A stretch of 64,000 nt of DNA from Candidatus Bathyarchaeota archaeon (GTDB taxonomy: Archaea; Thermoproteota; Bathyarchaeia; Bathyarchaeales; Bathyarchaeaceae), in assembly GCA_029882515.1 (NCBI GenBank), contig JAOUKN010000001.1, forward strand, positions 5,298-69,297. The letters are read 5' to 3'. Below, piece by piece: positions 57,917 to 64,000 of the stretch. The notes below the pieces were generated by a model that made no database searches, had not been told where the DNA came from, and saw only the letters and a list, made by a program, of their open reading frames with translations. The position numbers were made by a program, and so were the translations under genes. Numbering within the stretch: position 1 is the stretch's first letter; each line of letters begins with the position of its first letter.

Positions 57917-58129
57917 TCGTACAGAGAGAAGGTAAGATATATACGTGGAATGCCAGAATCAGAGTAAAAAGAATGGACCATCTAATACATGCATTGAAGA
58001 TGCAACCTTGACTGTATAGAGGCAGCAGGCAGAGACGCTAGGAAGATAAGTACTGGAATGGACTTCGTGAAAAGTGGTCTTCCATATGCACACAAAAAAA
58101 GGGGGTTCAATGGCTCATCGTTCGTTGGA

Positions 58130-60451
58130 CTATTTGAACTCTGGGTTGTAACCTTCAATTACGAATATGAAGGCTTTGGCGGTTATGTTTGGATTCAACT
58201 GGAACTCTAGATCTATGCTTTCGTTTCCGTCGGCGTCCGTCCGCTCGTCGTCACTGAACATCAGTTCTGGGAGAACGTTTCCGTATTCTGAGTGAACTGC
58301 TTTGATTAAGGGTAACTCCGTCAGGTAGTCGTTTTCATCAATCACGTAGAGGTCCACCTCATCTAGGTGAGAGTGTGTCAGAGGGTGCTCCACTAACCGC
58401 AGTAACACCTTGTTATTCACTGGTTCTGGGTCAGTAGTTAGTATGCGTCGATGTACTACGTCAAATCCTTCGGGGTTATGTATGTTTAGCGCTCCCTCAT
58501 CTATGTAGTTCTCGCCATCGTAGACGTAGAGAATTGGGCATGTTCCTCCGCCGCCGCCGCCAACGTATGAGAAGTAGGCGGTCAAAGTGTGGTCTGAATT
58601 CATCGTAACCGTATATGGATTGTCATACTTGGGTTGTCCGTCGAGTTTCCAATAATTAAACTCATAATTCGTATAATTAATTGCCCAAACAGTTACGGGG
58701 GTTCCCTCGTCATGTACGTAAGGCCCTGGCGAAGGATTGGTCGTCCCTCCAGTAGTCGTCTGAATAGTCAGTGTATAGGTTTTTTTGAAGTAGGCTTCTA
58801 AGGTGTGGTCGGTGTTCATAGTGACTGTTGCTGGATTGTTATCGTCTGGTGATCCGTCGAGAAGCCAATAGTCAAAGTCATATCCATCGTTGGGAAGTGC
58901 TGTGACCTCGACAGGTGTTCCTTTGTGATATGTATAGTCTCCAGGCAGAGGATCAGTTGTTCCACCTGAGTTGGCAGAGAGCGTTAAAGCATGGCCTATT
59001 TCCATGTTCAAGATTACTGATGTTGATATCGTATCATCATAGCTGACACCATATGTGTTGTAGTAGGTGTATTCCAGTTCAGCAGTTATCTTGACCGAAT
59101 GGTCTTCCGTGGTGTCATCGGTGAACACCCAATGAACTTGAGCACCGATGGCTGCGTCAACTGGCCAGCCATAAGCACCCTCAGCTTTTGCATAAACGTG
59201 GGCCTCGGGGTCATTGATACCCGCATCTACAACGTCTGCTTCCTCCTTCTTAAAGGGTGAAAACTCTCTAGCATACGCCGCGGCGGCGTCAAGTGTAATC
59301 AAGCTAATCTCGAAGATTAAGCCCGCTGTGTTGGATTTTAGGAGAATCGGAATTACAAAACTGGACATTAGTAATGCAAGACCGTCATTAAGGGCGTCTG
59401 AATACCAATATTCGGTATCTGGATTATCGTTCGCAACCATAACATTTATTCCTTTAAGCCGTTCGTAATCCTCGCCCGCATCTATGTCAATTAGTGCATT
59501 TGGATCAGATCCTTGTTTTTCTATTTTGATTTTAAGCTTTCTGATTTCAGCCGATTTTTTGTGTGGTAGAAACTCAAGTTTCTCCCCATTAAGGGGTTGA
59601 GATCCCAACGTACCTTTGTATCCTTCCTGGTCTTCTATACCTACTAGTGCGCCACTGTCGGCCCATGTTACATCTTGATATAAGAATTTAATTGCATTTT
59701 GGCCTCTTTCGAAAAGTCTGTTACGTTCTATGATCACCTCGAAAGTTTGTCGTTGCCCGTTGTTTTTGTTTATAACGTTCTTCCACAATACACAGAACAC
59801 ATCCAAATTGCCATAATACGTGATTTCAGCTTGGTCATCCACAAGAAGATCTGCCCAGTGAACAGCTAGAAGACTGTTCGGTTCTGCAGGATCGGGAATC
59901 GTAGTGGCGGGTGGCGGCGGATCTGTGATTTCACTGTCAAAGCTTAGAAAACCGTTATCACACACCCAAACTTTGTTGTATTCAGCGCTTTGACATTCAT
60001 AACCTGGACCACCAAAAAAGCGAGCACCATCGTCAAGCGTGATGTCAAGCCATGTACCATTATTGTCACCGATGATAGGCACTGGATCAACTGCTTCAAT
60101 CCATTCATCAGCAACATAGAGCGAAGGGCCAAGGTGGTAATATGTGATTCCCTTCCTTGTGTTCGCAGTAAGGGCCACCCTAAGAGCTACACCATCCCTA
60201 CCAAGATAGGGATCCCATTGCCAATCCTCCACGTAATCCATAATGTTTACCCCTATTCCCACCGATGCCTCATCATTGGTGTCAGCGTTGCTGATTGTCT
60301 CATTGATATGGTAAGTGTCATACGGATCTAATTTCGGACGGTACATCTGCCATGTTGGGTCTTCAGATTGTGCTGATACTGGCAGAATGTAGGTCGACAT
60401 CGGCAGCATTAACAGCACTGTTAGGAAGCCGACCACTATCTTTCTCTTCAA
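58130..60451 (-). CDS. large secreted protein with inserted domains, two InlB-B-type repeats and a 'GGGGGTCP' C-terminal domain
   Basis: Signal peptide; nidogen-like 'VWVCDNGFLSF...LLAVHWADL'; two 'GGTT.P.PG.Y...W.LDG' repeats. Confidence 0.85.
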   Translation of the reverse strand: MKRKIVVGFLTVLLMLPMSTYILPVSAQSEDPTWQMYRPKLDPYDTYHINETISNADTNDEASVGIGVNIMDYVEDWQWDPYLGRDGVALRVALTANTRKGITYYHLGPSLYVADEWIEAVDPVPIIGDNNGTWLDITLDDGARFFGGPGYECQSAEYNKVWVCDNGFLSFDSEITDPPPPATTIPDPAEPNSLLAVHWADLLVDDQAEITYYGNLDVFCVLWKNVINKNNGQRQTFEVIIERNRLFERGQNAIKFLYQDVTWADSGALVGIEDQEGYKGTLGSQPLNGEKLEFLPHKKSAEIRKLKIKIEKQGSDPNALIDIDAGEDYERLKGINVMVANDNPDTEYWYSDALNDGLALLMSSFVIPILLKSNTAGLIFEISLITLDAAAAYAREFSPFKKEEADVVDAGINDPEAHVYAKAEGAYGWPVDAAIGAQVHWVFTDDTTEDHSVKITAELEYTYYNTYGVSYDDTISTSVILNMEIGHALTLSANSGGTTDPLPGDYTYHKGTPVEVTALPNDGYDFDYWLLDGSPDDNNPATVTMNTDHTLEAYFKKTYTLTIQTTTGGTTNPSPGPYVHDEGTPVTVWAINYTNYEFNYWKLDGQPKYDNPYTVTMNSDHTLTAYFSYVGGGGGGTCPILYVYDGENYIDEGALNIHNPEGFDVVHRRILTTDPEPVNNKVLLRLVEHPLTHSHLDEVDLYVIDENDYLTELPLIKAVHSEYGNVLPELMFSDDERTDADGNESIDLEFQLNPNITAKAFIFVIEGYNPEFK
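60292..60352. repeat. 61-bp direct repeat (59/61), copy 1 (copy 2 at 60957-61017)
   Basis: Encodes WQMYRPKLDPYDT(Y/H)HINETI in both adjacent genes. Confidence 0.92.
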
Positions 60452-60465
60452 GTTCTAGCCTCCAT

Positions 60466-61155
60466 TCAGGTGGAAATCGGTACATCCAAGGCTATTGGCA
60501 TCACTATTTTTTGGCTAGTTGTTTGGTTGAAATACGTGAATTCCAAACTCACTTCAAGCTTGTGGTCTTCAATGTTTTGGTCATTGAACATCCATTCTAC
60601 CTGCGTTCGTAGGCTGCAAAATGAACCTGTGGATTCAGCATGTACATACGCTTCGCCCAGATTGTGCCAGCCATCGCTCGTCCACTCTCTACTGACTAGT
60701 CTCATCTCCGTCACTGTTGCGTTACGCAGAACTAGAAATTGATCGGGGCCGCTCACCTCTACGATGGAGTAGTCGTCAAGGGTACGAAATTTGATGGCAA
60801 AAGATGCGTCGACGCCTTCTACAACAGTTGCGGTAACATTAACTTTGAAGACTATTCCATCTTTGTATACAAACGGTATCCACGACCAATCTTCCACATA
60901 ATCCATAATGTATACACTTACTTCTGTTGATGTATAATCGTCTGAATACCTGTTTTTGATTGTCTCATTGATATGGTGAGTGTCATACGGATCTAATTTC
61001 GGCCGGTACATCTGCCAGCTTACAGGTTCTACCGTAATTGTTCCGATCCCGGGTGTTCCCATCAGTCTAGACGCGCCTAGAAGGATCATGGGAACTGCAA
61101 CAATTAATATGACAAGAACTCTGTTCCACTTCCCACTCCACGCTATCTTTCTCAC
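60466..61155 (-). CDS. membrane-anchored protein paralogous to the N-terminal region of 58130..60451
   Basis: GTG start 'RKIAWSGKWNRVLVILIV'; shared motifs along its whole length. Confidence 0.8.
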   Translation of the reverse strand: MRKIAWSGKWNRVLVILIVAVPMILLGASRLMGTPGIGTITVEPVSWQMYRPKLDPYDTHHINETIKNRYSDDYTSTEVSVYIMDYVEDWSWIPFVYKDGIVFKVNVTATVVEGVDASFAIKFRTLDDYSIVEVSGPDQFLVLRNATVTEMRLVSREWTSDGWHNLGEAYVHAESTGSFCSLRTQVEWMFNDQNIEDHKLEVSLEFTYFNQTTSQKIVMPIALDVPIST

Positions 61156-61654
61156 TTCTCTCTTCCCCCTAGAATTCTCATGTGAACATCTTACCATAAA
61201 ATGGCATATAAGATTTTCGGTTCTTAATATTCTATAATATTTCTGCATTATTTCTCTGTTTTTTCGAACATTATAGAAAAGTTGTAATCACTTGGTTAAA
61301 CCACTATTTCACGCTTTTCTCAACCACACTTTGAGTTTCTATTCCTTCAAGTCGCTAACGTGAGGCAAGACAATGAGATTTAAGCGAAGGGAGATGCTTC
61401 CGTTAGATATTGAGAAAATGGTATGGGATTATCAGGATAGAGAACGGAGAAGGTCTTGATGTTGTTTTTACTAGATTCCTCCAATCGCGGATTGCCCTGC
61501 TTCTTTTAGGTTTAACTGCCATGATAGCAGTTGATGAGTTGGGTCTCGGCGTCGTCTGTCACATCTGAATCCAGAACGCGAGTTCAGTGTGTATACATTC
61601 AATAGAAGCCGTTGAGGCATACACAAACCGATAAACTAACAGGCAGATGGGCTT

Positions 61655-62539
61655 CTAGTGTTCGCTAGCCGCTTTCGGATAGTATTCGTCTTCTAGTTGG
61701 ATAGTTGTGTGGTCAATTCCAAACTCTTCTTTCAACATAGTGATCAAAGTGGTGATTAGCTTTTTCCGGTCAGTTCCCTCTTCTGCTACAATGTGACCGC
61801 TCATGCAGCACATCGTGGTGGGGGTGATACACCAGACATGAAGGTCGTGGACTTCTTTCACGTCTTCTACTTCAAGTATTCTGCGATTTAGTTCACTTAC
61901 ATCGATGTGGGAGGGAACGCCTTCCAGGAGAACGTTCAGAGAGTCGCGGACAAGTTTCCCTGAACTATAGAAGATCAGCGCGGCTATCACCATACTGATT
62001 AGTGGGTCTGCTTGGTACCACCCCGTGAAATACATGATTATTCCAGCTGAAATTGCTCCGATCGAGCCTAAGACATCGGCGACCACGTGTAGAAAGGCGC
62101 CTTTAATGTTTAGACTTTCATCCTTGGACCGTGAGAGCGTGGCTACAGTCAGCACGTTGGCTATGAGGCCTAAAACCGCAATGGTCAACATGTTTAGGCT
62201 CTCGACTGCAATTGGTTGTAGAATCCGCTGAAAGGCCTCATAGACGATGTATCCTGCAACTGCCCACAAGAGAATTCCGTTCAAAAAGGCGGCTAGGATC
62301 TCGGTGCGATAGTAGCCGTAGGTTCGTGTGACTGAGATAGGGCGTAGGGCGAGCCATGCAGCTGTAAGGGCGAAGACCAGAGCAAAGATATGGTTTAGCA
62401 TGTGCCAAGCATCAGTGAGGAGGGTCAAGCTCTTTGTCAAAGTGCCTCCTACCAATTCAATGACGAAGAAAGCAGCGGTAATGCCCAAGGCGATTGCGAG
62501 ATATCTTGTGATTTTGGATGGATGCGTGTGTTCATGCAT
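61655..62539 (-). CDS. cation diffusion facilitator (CzcD/ZitB-like Zn/Co/Cd exporter)
   Basis: 'LLTDAWHML', 'TYGYYRTEILAA', 'GAFLHVVAD', 'VHDLHVW', 'HTTIQLE'. Confidence 0.95.
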   Translation of the reverse strand: MHEHTHPSKITRYLAIALGITAAFFVIELVGGTLTKSLTLLTDAWHMLNHIFALVFALTAAWLALRPISVTRTYGYYRTEILAAFLNGILLWAVAGYIVYEAFQRILQPIAVESLNMLTIAVLGLIANVLTVATLSRSKDESLNIKGAFLHVVADVLGSIGAISAGIIMYFTGWYQADPLISMVIAALIFYSSGKLVRDSLNVLLEGVPSHIDVSELNRRILEVEDVKEVHDLHVWCITPTTMCCMSGHIVAEEGTDRKKLITTLITMLKEEFGIDHTTIQLEDEYYPKAASEH

Positions 62540-62842
62540 TGAAACTTCACTCATCATATAGCTTTTCATCCATTACTATTAAATCTAAATTCGCTGTCGA
62601 GTCTAAAAGACAGAACGTCCATATGAATTGTCAACAGACAAGCGAAATCCGTGCAGGCAAAGATTCATCAAACTGCCAAACTAACGTTTTGCGCGCGCGC
62701 AACCAGCAAAAAACTAGTTATAGAAGATATAGGTAAGCTCTTCGCTGATCGGAGCATCACCATAGCAAAATATGATTCTGTAAACGATAAGGCTTTTTCT
62801 CTGTTTCTAGCCTGAAACCGCGCAAAATGGGTATCTATAGAG

Positions 62843-64000
62843 CTATTGATCTTCTCCGAAGTGTTGGACAGCTATTAGAATATCATCAATTCGTATCTTG
62901 CAGTCTTTGTTGATGTCTGTGTTCGGATCGTATTCCGGGTCTCCGCAATTACTTCCAAAGGCTATCACAATAGCAAGAATGTCATCGATTCGAACTTTTC
63001 CATCCCCATTAACATCGCCAATGAGTACTACTCCAATAATTCTGTAAATGCTTCCGTCAGCATCCAAAGCAATGTAACTTTGATCCGGTTCCTGCGCAAA
63101 GGTTTCAGTATCATCCGGGTAAACACCAACGAACGAGAGAAGACTGGTCCATGTGACTCCGTCCGCTGGAACATTGATCACCTCGAATTCAATCCACGCC
63201 AAGCTTCCATACCCAGGATTTCTACAAGGTTCACCAAATACACACTCTCCATAATATATACTGTTGTGAGTGCTATTCCAAGGCATGAAGGCAGGGGTAA
63301 TTCCAAAGGTAGAAATATTAGAATAGAATTCACTTTTGGACCCCGCAGTGTAAACACATCGCGTCACACTCAACAGATTCTTCTCATAAACCAATTTGAA
63401 ACTCCACGATCCTGAAGAAACTGTGAGGTTTATCCAGACAGTGACGTTGAACCTGTAACCAAATGAAACCGTATCCGTGAAAAAACTTGACGTTGAAGGT
63501 TGAATCCATATAGCGTTGCCATCATGAGGTTCAATATAGCTTACTTCCACAAATTTGCAAGCAGAGTTGTTATTCGTCACGTCCTCTCCAGGTACAGGGA
63601 CGGCATGGATGGTTAGGTTGTATATGTTTTCTGTCTGAGGTGATATCCACGGAAAATTGGTTATTATGCTCGACATACTAGCAAGCTGTGGAGTGAGTGA
63701 GTAAGCATAGAGAGTGCCTTCGACCAGAAGTTGAACATGTATATTTGATTCATGGCTGAAGCCTAAATTGCGGATCACTGCACTGATGGTAGTTGGAGCT
63801 TCAGGCAAGATACAACTTGGAGCTTGCATCATTGAAACAACTATGTCATGTTCATGGGTAATCTGAAAGCTCCATCCGTCTTGTTGCATAAATGGGTAAT
63901 TATCATAGTTGTATTGGTCGATTTCGTAAGGTTGATCTCCGATGCCCTCACCGCCAGTCTCATTTTGATATGGTCCTTGGAACATGTCCGCACTCCAATA
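62843..64000 (-). CDS. surface protein, C-terminal part: NosD tail, CARDB-like, cohesin-like and dockerin domains (runs off the window end)
   Basis: 'GIGDQPY...YPFM', 'HAVPVPGE...NN', 'FNVTVWIN', dockerin 'GDVNGDGKVRIDD...DINKDCKIRIDD'. Confidence 0.88.
   Translation of the reverse strand, partial: YWSADMFQGPYQNETGGEGIGDQPYEIDQYNYDNYPFMQQDGWSFQITHEHDIVVSMMQAPSCILPEAPTTISAVIRNLGFSHESNIHVQLLVEGTLYAYSLTPQLASMSSIITNFPWISPQTENIYNLTIHAVPVPGEDVTNNNSACKFVEVSYIEPHDGNAIWIQPSTSSFFTDTVSFGYRFNVTVWINLTVSSGSWSFKLVYEKNLLSVTRCVYTAGSKSEFYSNISTFGITPAFMPWNSTHNSIYYGECVFGEPCRNPGYGSLAWIEFEVINVPADGVTWTSLLSFVGVYPDDTETFAQEPDQSYIALDADGSIYRIIGVVLIGDVNGDGKVRIDDILAIVIAFGSNCGDPEYDPNTDINKDCKIRIDDILIAVQHFGEDQ

Noticed and set aside
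60292..61017. 61-bp repeat pair as a DGR template/variable repeat
   Set aside because: Only two mismatches, at T on the coding strand rather than A; both copies are near 5' ends of coding genes; no reverse transcriptase in the window.
61373..61459. 28-codon ORF MRFKRREMLPLDIEKMVWDYQDRERRRS
   Set aside because: Too short and no recognisable family; cannot be supported.
1..64000. Many 60-140 aa ORFs antisense to or overlapping well-supported genes; tRNA/rRNA genes
   Set aside because: The shadow ORFs lack motifs and RBSs; I found no cloverleaf or rRNA-like sequence by eye.

Overview
Archaeal chromosomal window, most consistent with Bathyarchaeia (inference from a crenarchaeal-type PolB1, archaeal ATP-dependent ligase, tungsten-family aldehyde:ferredoxin oxidoreductase, GGAGGTGA ribosome-binding sites and many NosD/cohesin/dockerin surface proteins). 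Housekeeping genes (lig, cysS, galT, AK6-type kinase, Lon-like protease, polB1, RsmB/NOP, nth) are interleaved with accessory genes. I found no tRNA, rRNA, CRISPR array or intact mobile element. Two signals stand out. (1) A GC-rich structured leader in front of a queT transporter carries an 11-nt anti-Shine-Dalgarno segment and looks like a candidate archaeal preQ-type translational riboswitch. (2) In a patchwork accessory region (about 0.2-13.8 kb) nearly every gene is individually bracketed by (CG)n alternating tracts, and the gaps hold 3'-end stubs resembling two tyrosine integrases and a solo Cas1 plus other gene slices, suggesting a cassette-like gene shuffling process. Also present: a repeated ATGAC-N4-GTCAT operator, direct repeats bounding 8.1-kb and 3.3-kb blocks, a thiol/iron redox cluster, probable CTG/ACG start codons, and a paralogous secreted protein pair sharing a 61-bp near-identical segment. 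All family assignments are from motif recognition and recall, not database searches.
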